Of a stretch of DNA of 64,000 nucleotides, positions 1-12,079 are shown one piece after another. The translations under genes were made by a program, and so were the position numbers. This DNA comes from Chiloscyllium plagiosum. Taxonomy: Eukaryota. Numbering within the stretch: position 1 is the first letter of the stretch; each line of letters opens with the position of its first letter. The notes under the pieces are model-generated. The model saw only the letters and a program-made list of their open reading frames with translations, ran no database searches and had not been told where the DNA came from. The stretch lies in the NCBI RefSeq assembly GCF_004010195.1, contig NC_057718.1:92490540-92554539 (forward strand), written 5' to 3'.

Positions 1-190
1 TGAAGAAGTCGAGGGCAGGTAGGAGGCCAGCACGGGGTGTCCAGGTGGATGGGGTGTGTCGGAGGCGGGAGAAGGGGTCGTCAGAGGGTGGGCGAGAGTC
101 TTGGTTAAAGAAGTAGACACGGAGGCGAAGGCAGCGGAAGAATTGTTCGATGTCACGCCGCGTGTTGAACTCATTAATCCGGGAGCGTAG
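1..190 (-). mobile_element. Penelope-like element ORF fragment (region N-terminal to RT), cut by window edge
   Basis: Minus strand translates to LRSRINEFNTRRDIEQFFRCLRLRVYFFNQDSRPPSDDPFSRLRHTPSTWTP, the FFRxLRLxxYF...STWTP signature of vertebrate Penelope ORFs. Confidence 0.8.
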
Positions 191-194
191 ATAC

Positions 195-525
195 GTGTAG
201 CCCCAACAACACTCAAAAAGCTTAACACCAGCCAGCCTAAAGTAGCCCACTTGATTGGCACAGCATCACAAGCATCCAGTCCCTCCACTACTGATGCTCA
301 GTAGCGACAGTGTATACTATCTACAAGACACACCAAAGATCCTCGAACAACACCTTCCAAACCCACAACCATTTCTATCTAAAAGGACAAAAACAGCAAA
401 TATATGGGAACACCACCACCTTCAAGCCACTCACCATCCTGACTTGGAAATATATCACTGTTCCTTCATTGTTACTGGGTCAAAATTCTGGAATTCCCTC
501 CTTAATGGCGTTGTGGGTTTACCCT
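195..525 (+). mobile_element. 3' ORF2 fragment of an old CR1/L2-superfamily LINE
   Basis: Degenerate C-terminal ORF2 (...QHLPNPQPFLSKRT...WEHHHLQATHHPDLEIYHCSFIVTGSKFWNSL); WNSL is typical of CR1/L2 ORF2 ends. Confidence 0.65.
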
Positions 526-1134
526 TTGTGGGAAAAGGCTGGCACTCACTTAGACGCAGTCCTAAGATATTATGGTACTAAGGATGGTTGCTTATATAGC
601 TTGATTCTTATGGATGCAGTTGCAATGACAGTCAGTGATGTAAAATACCAATAAGTTTCCAGCTGAAAAGTTGTGTTCCCAGCAAAAAGTTACCTGTACC
701 ACCATGTGTTCTCATAAGCTGTTCTTTTTTGTTTCCTTCCCAGTACTATATTGTGAAAAGTTAGTCACAGCTGGCAGAGATTGACCTGGTGCATAGCTGG
801 GCTTTAAAAGTGGCACTATGCTCAAATTCTGGAAGCTCCTGGCAGTGTTGAATAGTTCTGTTGGTGAGAGCTGTTTTGCACAATAGCGTGAGTGCAGTAC
901 CATAGAAATGTGGTGCGTTCATAGTAACATAGACAGCATAAAATTGCATGAGAAAACTCGCCACAGCTCTTGGATAGAAACCCTCCATGAAACTCCCTCA
1001 TGTTGAAATTCAGCTGATATTTTTGGTACAATTCAACTGTATTTATGAACATTGTAAAGGATGGGATGAAAAGACAAATATCAAAATATGCAAATGACAG
1101 AAAGACAGGTGATATTGTAGACAGTGTAGGTAGA

Positions 1135-1555
1135 ATCATAGAATAATAGAGAATAGAAGGAAGCTATTTGGTCCATCATGTCTGTGTTGGCTCTTTGAAA
1201 GAGCAATCCAGTTAATCCCACTCTGTGGCTATGAAATTCTATCCACCAGTCAGTCAGTGCTTCAAAGTTTTAGCCATTTGTTGTGTGAGAAAGTGTTCTT
1301 TTGTTGATCACCGAAATTCTGTATCCTGATTATTGACTGTTCAGCCATTGGAATGGTTTCTCTTTATTTACTTTATCAAACTGCTTCATGGGTCAAAATA
1401 CATTCATTAAATCTCTTATGAATCTGTGCACTCCAAGGAGAAAAACCTAGCTTCTCCATTGGCTACTGGGGCAACGAATTGCAATAAAGTAGATCTTTTG
1501 ATTGTCTTCTCCACAATATTCATTGCTTGCTGAAAATGTGGTGACTAAACTTGGA
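1135..1555 (-). mobile_element. CR1 LINE 3' fragment (degenerate)
   Basis: Begins with a reverse-complement CR1 tail (GAATCATAGAAT...GGTCCATC), followed by degenerate RT C-terminal sequence; a small + strand RT piece (...SKYANDRKTGDIVDS) lies at ~1040-1132. Confidence 0.6.
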
Positions 1556-1569
1556 TATTTAGAAAAGCC

Positions 1570-3040
1570 TAAGGCAATCAGATTCAACATGGTTTTGTGA
1601 AAAAGAAAACATATTTGGCAAACCTCCTTCAGTTTTTGAAGGTATCACGAACAAAGTTGATAAAGGAACTTGCAGATTTGCATTTCCAGAGGGCATTCAG
1701 TAAAATGCCATGCAAAAAGTCATTGTAAAAAATATTGGGAGTGATGTATTAGCATGGATTGAGGATCACTTAATGCAGAGAACACAGATGCTGGATTCAT
1801 GAGTCCTTTTTAGGTTGGAAAACCCCAACCAATGACATGCCGCCCGGGTCAATCCCAGGATCCTAATTACTTCCTATCAATTTTAATAACTTGAAAGTGG
1901 TGACAGGGAGTAATATATCCGCATTTGGTGAAATACAAAAATGCATTCAGTTCTGCTACAATGCATATTTCTTCAACGTGAATTGGTTTTAACGTGATTA
2001 AGAATTTCGACCGTTACTTGTGGAATGCGAACATTCCCTGCCTGTATTGGCCATAACACAACAGGCCATAACACTATTCTGGCCCCATTAGTTTAAATGT
2101 TGTGGCTATTGCGCAATTTTCTTATAACGCGAGATCACACAAAAACGGAACTATCGCATTATATCAGAACTGACTGTAGATGGGAGGGCTTGTTGCGATG
2201 AGGACAAAAGGAATCTGCAAGGGGATATAAATAGGTTGACTGAGTGGGCAAAACTTTGGCAAATGGAGTTTAATATTGATAAGTGTAAGGTCGTTGGAAG
2301 AATCAAAAGGACGGTTATTATTTAAATGGAGAGAATCTTCAAAGAAGTGCAGGACAGAGGAAACTGAGTGTTCTTGTGCATGAAACACAGAAGTTAGCAT
2401 GCAGGTGTAGCATGTAAATAAGGAGGCGAATGGAATTTTGGCCTTCCTTACTCTGTGGTTGGAGTTTAAAAATAGTGAAGTCTTTCTACAGCTGTATAGG
2501 ATGTTGATGAGGCTGTGTCTGGAGTGTCGTGTACAGTTTTGGCTTCCATATTTAAGAAAGTACGTACTGACATTGGACAAAAGAGTTCCAGTAGACAAAT
2601 GAAGGGGTTGACGTCAAGAGTGGCCAAGGAGTTTAAGCCTTTATTAATTAGAATTTAGAAGAATAAAAGTGGATCTTGAAACATACAAGATTCTGAAGGA
2701 ATTGACAGTTTAGATGTTGTGAAGCTTCCATTAGTGGGGAAGTCTCGAACTAGGAGACATAGTTTTAAATGAATGTCCCCTTATTTTGTAATTATGGTAC
2801 AAAGGAACTTCTGTCAGTGGCTAGTGAAGGTTTGGAATTATCTGGACCAGAGAGTTGTGGAGGCTTGATCGCAGGAAGTATTCAAAGAGGAGATAGATAG
2901 ATTTTTGCAATATTGAGGAACTGAGAGCCTTGAGCAGCTGCCTTAAAAGAGGAGTTAAGGCCTGGGCAGATCAACCATAATCTTATTGAAAGGCAGAGCA
3001 GGTTTGAAGGTCTGAATGGCCTACTTCTAGACCTTCTTGT
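1570..3040 (+). mobile_element. CR1 LINE, 5'-truncated, RT to 3' UTR, interrupted by a MITE
   Basis: RT motifs (QHGF, LTEWAKLWQMEFN, VQFWLPYLRK) and a CR1 3' UTR ending TGAATGGCCTACTTCT. Confidence 0.85.
1944..2176. mobile_element. Tc1/mariner-type MITE (non-autonomous DNA transposon)
   Basis: Imperfect TIRs CATTCAGTTCTGCTACAATGC / GCATTATATCAGAACTGACTG flanked by TG/TA; removing the insert restores the CR1 frame (TK-I-DGR) at a TA target. Confidence 0.75.
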
Positions 3041-4184
3041 GATTTATCTTGACTTTTGAAGCCTATTCAGTCTGCCCTGAAATGCTCGTGAGGTTGTCCC
3101 CCAGCTGCAGATCATCACAGAGCACTTTGATGTCATCCAGTTAAGAGGTCATCAAATAGTTGAGAGGTATTTGTTAGACCCATGGTCTGCTATTGTATTT
3201 GAGACCTGTTCAAGTCCACAGGTTTCACTTGCTTTAAGCTTCGTCAGCTCATGATAACTGTGTAACTGAAGTTGAAAGTGTTTAAGACCCAACTTTAACA
3301 ATGCTATAACTATAAAATTGAGATTTCATTATTTCCACAATTACTGAATTTATTTAAGTGTATAGCTTTTGTCTGGAATATGTTTGCAATGGATGGGAAT
3401 ATGCATGAAGCACTTGTTACACACAATGTTCGTAATTTACCAGGTACCAAAGGGGAAGGAAAACGCCAATAAACAAGCAGTAACAACCATAAAGCAAACC
3501 GTTACTACCTTCAGAACCAATCATTTGTAACTTTCACTGGAAGTGGAAATCAGCAATGTCAAATGCCAGAAAACCTTTGTCCAAGATGGTTTTGGCTATG
3601 TTCAGTAATTTATGCTTCATCTGATTAAATGTTAATTGTGAAAATAATCATGAAAATTAAATAACTTGAATAATTTTTATATGGGGTTATTTCCCTTGAT
3701 ATAGAATATAACAGTGTGGCTGGGAAAAGGGAAAGATCTATAATTAAACTCCTTGAGCGGAGCGTGTGCTTTTTGATTAATGCTACTGGAATTTGGAATA
3801 TTTTGGTGGCATCTGTGAAGAAACTAAATTATTCCTGTGTCAAATTTTGCATAATGTATCACTGACGGAATGTAGTTTGTTTCTATTGGTAAGATTATGT
3901 AGGAGGAAGTATGTTTGATGGATGTTTTCCTCCGTATGCACTTGATACGGATATCTTGGAGTCTTCCCACTTGGAACTGGAAGTTCCCAGTACAATAATC
4001 TGGAAGACATTTCAATCACATGCAAATGATGTAAAAGTGTATCATCAAAAATTTCATATTGTATATTGGAGTTTTGGTTGGGCACAGAACAGGTCGAAAG
4101 ATCTCCAACTGTCAATGGGGTGGAAGAGATTGTAGCGCTGTTACTTAAATAAGCCACCATGCGTTACATTTTAACACCTGGTTA

Positions 4185-4401
4185 GAGACAAAAACACTGC
4201 AGATACTGGAATCCAAATAGACAGGCAGGAGGCTGGAAGGACACAGCAAGCCAGGCAGCATCAGGAGGTAGAGAAGTCGATGTTTCAGGTGTAACCCTTC
4301 AGCTCCCCCCACACCCACCCCCAGTCCTGAAGAAGGGTTACACCTGAAATGTCGACTTCTCTACCTACTGATGCTGCCTGGCTTGAGGTGTCCTTCTAGC
4401 C
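4185..4401. mobile_element. Penelope-derived foldback mini-element (two inverted pLTR arms)
   Basis: ~4230-4300 is the reverse complement of ~4332-4401; the left arm also carries the PLE tail (GCAGATACTGGA). Confidence 0.8.
4323..4357 (+). ncRNA. Minimal type I hammerhead ribozyme motif (CpG-decayed)
   Basis: AGTC-CTGAAGA-A-GGGT TAC ACCT-GAAA-TGTC-GACT; stem I AGTC/GACT pairs perfectly; two apparent CpG-to-TpG changes in stems II/III. Confidence 0.7.
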
Positions 4402-4995
4402 TTGCATTTTAATGCAGGCAGCATATTAAACATGTGATAAACAGAATTTTTTCTGTAAGTCATATCTTTTTAAAAGTGTGTACTGTAAATGATATTTTCG
4501 ACTTTTTCTATTAAACTGTATATTTTTCCCATGTATAGCCTTTAAATTGGAATTCAGATCCATGGAAAGGTTAGTCTAACAATAACGACCATTGAATAAT
4601 CCATGTTCTCGCACTGTTAAATAGTGAATACTTACTTCTCTTGAGGTCCAAGGGATTTTAACCACGCAATTTTATATCCCTTCCAGCCCCATTGCACTGT
4701 TCATCTGCTTATTGGCTTTATCTCACTTGCTGATCCTACCTTCTCTGATAGCTTTTAAGAATTTTTTTTTGACAGCTGCGTATTAGATGTCGCAAAATGA
4801 TCATCAGCAATGAGTGTGTAGATCCCTGTGCTTGGTCATCGACAGTGGCGACCTTGGAAGGGTGTAGAGCCCTTCCTATGGATTACCCCAGCTGTGGTCA
4901 TCCAGGAAAGCTGAAATGTAAATATTCAAATAATATTTATAATTATTTTGCACTATGTTTACAAAGTAAGTGTTGCTTGGGCAGCATTCATTCAT

Positions 4996-5161
4996 TGACA
5001 TTTCGGGCAAAAGCCTTTCATCAGGATGACATTCCTGATGAAGGGCTTTTACCTGAAATGTCAATTTTCCTGCTCTTCGGATGCTGCCTGACCTGCTGTG
5101 CTTTTCCAGCACCACACTCTCAACTCTGAATTCCAGCATTTGCAGTCCTCACTTTCGCCTC
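4996..5161. mobile_element. Penelope-derived foldback mini-element with hammerhead cores on both strands
   Basis: TSD GCATTCATTCAT at 4984-4995 and 5162-5173; palindromic centre ...TTCATCAGGA-TGACAT-TCCTGATGAA... Confidence 0.85.
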
Positions 5162-5871
5162 GCATTCATTCATGCCTCATCCACACTATTTTCCACACTA
5201 TCTTGATCGTTTTTCCCACAAAAGGTACAAATATTTTGCTTTAAGTGTTGATAATGTCCTTTCATGTTTCAAACAGTGTAAAGCTCCCCTTTCCTATTAT
5301 ACCATGTTGCTCTTGGATTAGAGCCCTTTGTTGTTGAGCCGCAATGATTTTGTTCAAAGTTGCAAAAATGTTGAACATTGGCAGCAATGATTTCTCAGTG
5401 TTAGTGTAACTATTAATTGTGAACTACTTTCTGATTGGCATATCTTTGAAGCATGGAATTAAAGATGACATGTAACCACAATAACATTTTAATTGTAGTT
5501 TTCTGCAGTAATTGAAAAGCCATATGAAGTGTAATTTGAAGGCTGCAATTTGAAGAAAGATAGCCTTCAGCAAATAGATTTGATTTAGTATGATGTTTTG
5601 GTGTGATCTACAGTAGGAGCAGGAATATGTTGTCCGTATCAAATGAAACACAAATATGCGTAATTTTTGTTTCTCTTTCCTTTTTACTAAAGGCCTTGAT
5701 CCCCTTATGGGGATATGATTCCATATATCTCCTTCAGGTGTTATGCCCGACTGACTATTATTCATGTGCAAACATTAGCAGTGAATGTAGACAGGCTATT
5801 TAACTGTGGAAATTTTCACTGCCTGCAATTACCTAATGTCCACATGCATATCATATTAGCACTGTCCACTA

Positions 5872-5935
5872 GATTCGAAAAGTATGGTGCTGAAAAAGCA
5901 CAGCCGATCAGGCAGCATCCGAGGAGCAGGAGAAA
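5872..5935 (-). mobile_element. Penelope pLTR remnant
   Basis: GCTGAAAAAGCACAGCCGATCAGGCAGCATCCGAGGAGCAGGAG matches the arms of the other mini-elements. Confidence 0.7.
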
Positions 5936-6049
5936 CCTGAACAATTTTCTTGCATAACCCAAGGGCATGAAAATAAACTATTTCACAATAGCTGTTCTGG
6001 ATGAATTTGACTTTCTGCACACAAATTGGAGATTAAATCATTTTTTATT

Positions 6050-6167
6050 TGCACTGATATCTGCTCTGCTACCCTGATGCACTTTGTGTGGTACAATCTG
6101 CCTGTATAGCACGCAAAACAACACTTTTCACTATATCTCAGTATATGTGACAACAATCAATCAATCA
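6050..6167 (+). mobile_element. Rex1/Babar LINE 3' tail
   Basis: Similar to the reverse complement of 14481-14560; ends GTGACAACAATCAATCAATCA. Confidence 0.65.
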
Positions 6168-8324
6168 GGTAATTCCTTACTGGATATATGTGCTAAAGCA
6201 ATTCTGGTGCTATGTAAACATTGACATATTAACAGTTAATCCTGCGTAACCTAAAACGTAATGGCTTTATTGACTGCAATTAAGTCTACTCATGCGCTCT
6301 TCACTAATTTAATTAGAGAAATAATGCAACTGTGGCCCAGTGAAATAAAGAAATTAAATGTGGTTTACTGAGGATCCACATTGAAAACGTATCAAAGCTG
6401 TTGTAAATAGAACAAAGATCTAAACAACATTAACTATGAGACTGTAGCAGTTTGAGAAATACCCATTATTTCAGGCAATACTGCAATTTTTAGCTCTTCC
6501 AGACAGATTTCTTCAAATACTTTAATTATCAAGATATCTGTACAGTATCTAAGTAAAAAGTCAGGGTTGTGGTCACCCTTCAGTGCTTTAAGAACAGTAG
6601 TAGACCTTTTGACAGATGGAATAGCAATACCTAGTGCTTAGCACTTGACACTCATCTTCACGGGAAGAGATTAGCAATCAGAAATTGGGGAAAGAGCAGG
6701 TGTTTAGTTTCTTTTCATGATCAGCAAGTGGAGACATATCTTGGGTGCTTACAGATGAAGATTCCACTTACTGCAGTCACTTCTTGTGCTTTATTAGTTC
6801 TATAAGTAGTCTTGAGGGTTAGCACTTGAATGTAAACATGAGGGTGTTGTCTACCAGTGATACAGCGTCTGCCACTCCCTCTGCCTGCCAATTTGCCTTA
6901 CTTTTGTCAGTGAGCTTATTTGTAAATCAAAGAGCTGACCCAGCCAGATTCCTGTTCCACTCAAACCCCTCCCAGAAAAGAGTATCTTCTGAAGCCCAGG
7001 CAACAATAATGAATGTCAGTTAAGCCCAAAGTACAGCTGAGGGATTTTGGTTTAAAGCAGAGGCTTTGGTGCAAAAATGCATTTATGGCTCTTTGTGTGG
7101 CAGCTCATTATGTGTGGGCCTGATTCATTAAGTAATTGGTTTGCAGTTGTTTACATGAGTATTAAAGCCTTCTGTTCAGAAGCCTTTGAGTGATACATTG
7201 TGCAAATGTAGCATGTTATGAATGCAGAATGAGAACTGGGGAACTTGTTCTATTGGCCAGACACAGCACTTGGTTGAAAAGAGAAAGTAAGACATTGGGT
7301 TCTGCTTTGCATAGCAATGACCCTCCTTAATAAACTTTACAGATTAATAAATGCTATCTATAAGAGAGGCAAATAGATGCTCTTAGCACATTTATATGTG
7401 CACATTTCATTATTATGATACTGAAGCTGGGGAAAAATTGAGTTCTTTCATACTCGAGTTTCTTAACCAAAGCAACTTAATGCTTAAGTGTTAATGGAAT
7501 TTAATGTTTATTGTATTATAAATCGTGGGGAAGGAGATAGATCGCAACACTTTATTATTAAGGATTCATTCATTGTAAATCTTTTGCAGCTATAGTAGTC
7601 TGTAAAGCAAAATCATTTTGTGGTTGAGTGGGGATGAAAGGCATAATGTACGAAGGAGTGAGTCTTAATAACCAGCTGCACTCCATGTAAAGACCACTTA
7701 TTCCCTTTTATTCAGAGCTGCATGCCATTGCTTCCTCTTCATTGAGAGTCATTGTTCCGATTTACCGAAGGCATCTAAAACAGATTTTATTTTTTCTGAT
7801 TTATATTAATGTGAGTATTTTCAAAATTTTTAGACACCTATCCTTGACTTTGTAAAATCTTAACAGCAGAGGTGTTTTTATTTTACAAGGGGCCCTTAAG
7901 ATTGAGTGTGTTTTGATTTGAGCAATACAAAACCAAGCATAAGTAGTGAGTAAGCTCCATAAGACTGGTGCAGGTGTGTAGTACAAAGTACAATGTAGCA
8001 GTAAGAACTTGCAGCCAGTGGAGGTCACTCTTATTCTAAGTACTGATGCATCTATACTAGGTTAGCTAACTATACCTGTTTAAAAATGCATTCAAGGATA
8101 CTGCAAAATAATGCAATGCGATTGAACTTTTTTTCCATGAATGTATTAAAATAAAACTACTTTCAGAGTTATTTCATGCACTACAGGAATATGTAAGGCA
8201 TTTAGATTCTTTTTAAAATGTATTTATTCATGGGTTATGGATGTTGATGATTGGTTAGCAGTTAATGCCCATTGAGAAGGTGGTGATGGTGAGCCGCTCT
8301 CTGCTTGGGGGCTAGAGATGCCCA

Positions 8325-8755
8325 AAAGAGATAGAAGCAGAATTAGGCCAATCGCGTCTGCTCTGCTATTCAATCAAGGCTGAGATGTTTCTCAACCCTA
8401 TTCTCCTGCCTTCTTCCTGTAAGCTTCGATCCCCTTACTAATGAAGAACCTAGCTGTCTCCATCTTAAATGCACTCAGTGACTTGGCCTCCACAGCTTTC
8501 CATTAGAATGACTTCCACAGATTCGCCACTCTCTAGTAGAAGGAACTTTTCCTCATCTCAATTCTAAAGGGTTGTGCCATCTCGCTGAAGCTGTGCCCTC
8601 AGGTTTTAATCTCTCCTACGAGAAGAAACATCAACTCCATGTCCATCCTACCCAGGCCTCTCAGTATTCTGTAAGTTTTAATGAGATCCCCCTCATCCTT
8701 CTAAATTCCATCAAGTACAGATCCAGAGTCCTCACCTGCTCCTTATATGACACTT
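8325..8755 (-). mobile_element. CR1 LINE 3' fragment nested in the older LINE
   Basis: Reverse-complement CR1 end (AGAAGCAGAATTAGGCC...CCCCTCATCCTTCTAAATTCC). Confidence 0.8.
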
Positions 8756-9763
8756 ATGACTCATATGCCCTTGCCATTCTATGTGACTGAGGTCACAGGT
8801 TTGGAAAATGCTGTTGAAGGAACCTGGGTGTATCTTGTAAATATTATATACTATACTGCTGCCATTGTATCTGCTGTGAAGTGAATTTCAGAGGTGGTGG
8901 ATAGGGGCTAATCAAGTTAACTGTTTTGTCCTGAGTGGTATCAAGCCGTCAGTTGCTGTTTGAATTGCACTCATCCAGTGATGTGAGGAGTATTCTATCA
9001 TATTCTTGGTTTTATGCCTTGTACATGATGAGTGTGTATTCAGGAGCCAGTAGTAGAGTTACGTAATGCAGATTTCTTAGGCTGTAACCTGTTTTGTAGC
9101 CATATCTGTACAGTTTGTCCTGTTCAGTTTCTGGTCAGTGGTAACTCCCGAGGATGTTGAAAGTTGTGGATTCAGAGATGGTTATGTCATTGAAAATTGA
9201 GAGGAAGTGGTTAGATTATCTGTTGTTGGTGATGGTCATTGCTGCTACTGTGAGGCATAATGAACACTTATCAGCACAAGTCTGCTGTTGTTCAGGTCAT
9301 GCTGCACAAGGACATAGGCTTCTTCACTATCAGAGGAGTGACAAATGGTGCTGAACTTTGTGAAATCAGCAAAGAATATGTCACTTCTGACCCATTGCTC
9401 GAAGCAAGCCATTTATGGAATGGCTCAAGATGGTTGGGCCCAGGACTCTACCCTGAAGAACTCTTGCAATGGTGTTCTTAGACTGAAATTGATTGACTGC
9501 TAACAACTAGAATAATCTTTGTGAAGAATATGATTCGAATCAATAGAGAGTTTTCCGCTTGATTCCCATTGTCTCCTGCATTGCTTCATTTTAACATAAG
9601 TGATCAAATGATATTTGATGTCAAGCACATTAACTCTCATCATACCTCTGGCATTCAACGCTTTTGTCCATGTTTGGACTGAAACTGTAAAAGGTCAGCA
9701 ATTGACGGAATCGATGGTGCTGCTCCTGGCATGCCTTCATTGTACCAGGGTTAGTCTTTTGCC

Positions 9764-9976
9764 TTAGTGGCGCTGGAAGAACACAGCAGTTCAGGCAGCA
9801 TCCAAGGAGCTTCGAAATCGACGTTTCGGGCAAAAGCCCTTCATATTCCTGATGAAGGGCTTTTGCCCGAAACGTCGATTTCGAAGCTCCTTGGATGCTG
9901 CCTGAACTGCTGTGCTCTTCTAGCACCACTAATCCAGAATCTGGTTTCCAGCATCTGCAGTCATTGTTTTTACCCC
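9764..9976. mobile_element. Young Penelope-derived foldback mini-element
   Basis: ~81 bp near-perfect inverted arms (9764-9844 / 9852-9932), PLE tail on the right; TSD TTAGTCTTTTGCCTTA at 9751-9766 and 9977-9992. Confidence 0.92.
9845..9880 (+). ncRNA. Minimal hammerhead ribozyme motif, intact core
   Basis: ATTC-CTGATGA-A-GGGC TTTT GCCC-GAAA-CGTC-GATT; predicted cleavage after GUC at 9876; stem III is the palindrome ACGU. Confidence 0.8.
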
Positions 9977-10809
9977 TTAGTCTTTTGCCTTACAGGTAAT
10001 GATGAAGTGAGGGATATGCCAAGCTTTGAGGTTACAGATCTTTGTTGAATAGACTTCTCTTGCTATGAGTGCCCACAGAACCTCATAGGTTATTAGATCA
10101 TTTCAAAGTTTAGCATATTTAGCATGATGATAGTGACTCACAGCACGGAGTGTATTCTCATTATGAAGACTTTGTTTCCATGAGGCCTGTGCAGTGTTCA
10201 CCCTTACCACTGCAGTCATGGAGAGATATGTCTGCAGCAAGTAGGTTTGTGATGATGAAGTCAATCAGTTTTTCTTTTTGGTTGGTTCTTTCACTATCTA
10301 CAGCTGACGTGATGTCCTTTAGTACTCTGTTGAATCCGTCAGTAATAGCACTGCTGAATCACTGTGGACATTGAAATTCTGCACCTAGAATTCATCATTT
10401 GTCTGTTTGCACCCTCAGGTCTTCTAATTGCTGTTTAAAATGAAGGTGGACTGAATCAGCAGCCGTGGGGGGCTTTAACCGCAGTAAATTCACTTGCCCG
10501 TGTTTGACCTGAGGCTGTAAGATTTCATGGCGTCCAAAATCAATGTTGAGAATTCACAAGGCAGTTCCCTTACCGCTGTGCCACCTCCTCTGGTGGGACA
10601 AGACCTGCCCTGGAATAGTGATGATTGCATCAGGGACTTTACCGATAGTGTATGACTCAGAGTATGATTAGGTCAGATGATTCCTACAAACTGCCAGATG
10701 GTAGTAAGGAGAACTTTGCAGTGTCAGCAGGATCAGGATTTGCCTTTGCCCTCGCTGGTGTCTAAGTCTAGATTGGGTAGTCTATCAGGTTTCATTTATG
10801 GTTGTAGTG

Positions 10810-11050
10810 CTTTAGTACAACTGAGTAGCTTGTGTTCACTGAACAACTAAGAGTGAACTACATTGTTGAGAGTCTGGAGTTAAATGTAAAGCAGACCAGA
10901 TAGGAATTGCAGATTTACTTCTACAACATGAACCAGATGGATTTTCATGGTTGTCATTTGATTTGCTTTCTTTTTAAATTACAGATTTATGACTTGAATT
11001 CAAATTGCACTCTCAACGATAGTCATGGATTACTAGTCCAGTCCACTATG
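10810..11050 (-). mobile_element. Degenerate tRNA-derived SINE (family of 25935-26175)
   Basis: Reverse complement has ACTGGACTAGTAATCC...TTTGAATTC...CATCTGGTTCA, as in the 25935 copy; a similar + strand remnant lies at ~11085-11270. Confidence 0.5.
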
Positions 11051-11282
11051 ATGATTTGAGAATTTCAATTTCATACAAGTCGTCAGCGACCATAACATTT
11101 AACAAGCCAACTGGTTCACTGACAATCTTCAAGCAAGGTCTTATGTAGTCTAGTCTATATATGATTCCAGCCATATGAAAATGTAGTTACATCTTAATGA
11201 CTCTGAAGTCTTTTATAATTGTGTCCATAGAAACCAGAGATGGGTAATAATAAAACAGTCCTTCTTAAGTAGTGTCATTGAC

Positions 11283-11926
11283 AGACAGGGTGGTGAAAAA
11301 GGTGTTTAGCACGCTTGCCTTCATCGTTCAGAGTATTGAGTACGGAGTTGGGACGTCATGTTACAGCTGTACAAAACAATGGTAAGGCCACTTTTAGAAT
11401 TTTGTGCACAATTCTAGTTGCCCTGTTATAGAAAGGATGTTGTTAAAGTGGAAAGGGTGAAGAGAAGATTTACAAAGATGTTGCTGAGACTGGAGAGTTT
11501 GAGTTATAAGGAGAGGCTGGATGGGCTGGGACTTTTTCCTTGAAGTTGTGGAAGCTGAGGGGTGGCCTTATAAAGGTATATAAAATCATGAGGGCCATAG
11601 ATAAGGTGAATAGCTAAGGCCTTTTTCCCAGAGTTGAGGAGTCCAGAATTACAAGGCATAGATTTAGGGTGAAAGGGCAAAGATTTAAAGGGACCTCTGG
11701 GCAACTTTTTCACAGTGAGTGCGATGCATGTATGGAATGAGCTGCCAGAGAAAGTGGTAGAGGCAGGTACAATTAAAACATATAAAAGACATTTGGATAC
11801 GTACATGCACAGGAAATGTTTAGAGAGATAGAGGCCAAACACAAACAAATAGGACGAGGTTAATTTAGGATACCTGGTCAGCATGGATGCCTTGGACATA
11901 TTTCTGTGCTGTATGGCTTTATGACC
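11283..11926 (+). mobile_element. CR1 (HER1-like) LINE 3' fragment
   Basis: KVERVKRRFTKML...WNELPEKVVEAGTI and tail TGCTGTATGGCTTTATGAC. Confidence 0.9.
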
Positions 11927-12079
11927 CGACACCCTAAGAACAAACTCAATACCATTTAGTATCTTTACAGGGCAGAATGATAGGTTTTCTTATTGTAAAT
12001 TTATTCTGATGCCGCATTCTGTATCCAATCATTTGCTCTCTTTCTTTAAGTAAAATTGCTTTAACTGAAACATTGATTT

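Larger units (their letters stand above)
8215..10790 (-). mobile_element. Old CR1/L2-superfamily LINE (apparently the family at 195-525), degenerate, with nested insertions
   Basis: 3' tail at ~8215-8300 (TTTATTCATGG...GAGAAGGTGGTGATGGTGAGC) resembles 26460-26570; degenerate body continues from ~8765. Confidence 0.6.

Noticed and set aside
722..800. Strong splice acceptor TTTTTTGTTTCCTTCCCAG
   Set aside because: Stops in all three frames shortly downstream and no clear donor
3824..4160. Cluster of short ORFs in unique sequence
   Set aside because: No recognisable domains or convincing splice structure
9764..9932. Hairpin as a miRNA precursor or DNA-transposon MITE
   Set aside because: Arms match Penelope pLTRs, one arm has an asymmetric tail, and TSDs across copies are long and variable, unlike cut-and-paste MITEs
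9630..10048. Two near-identical ORFs on opposite strands
   Set aside because: A by-product of the palindromic PLE mini-element, not genes
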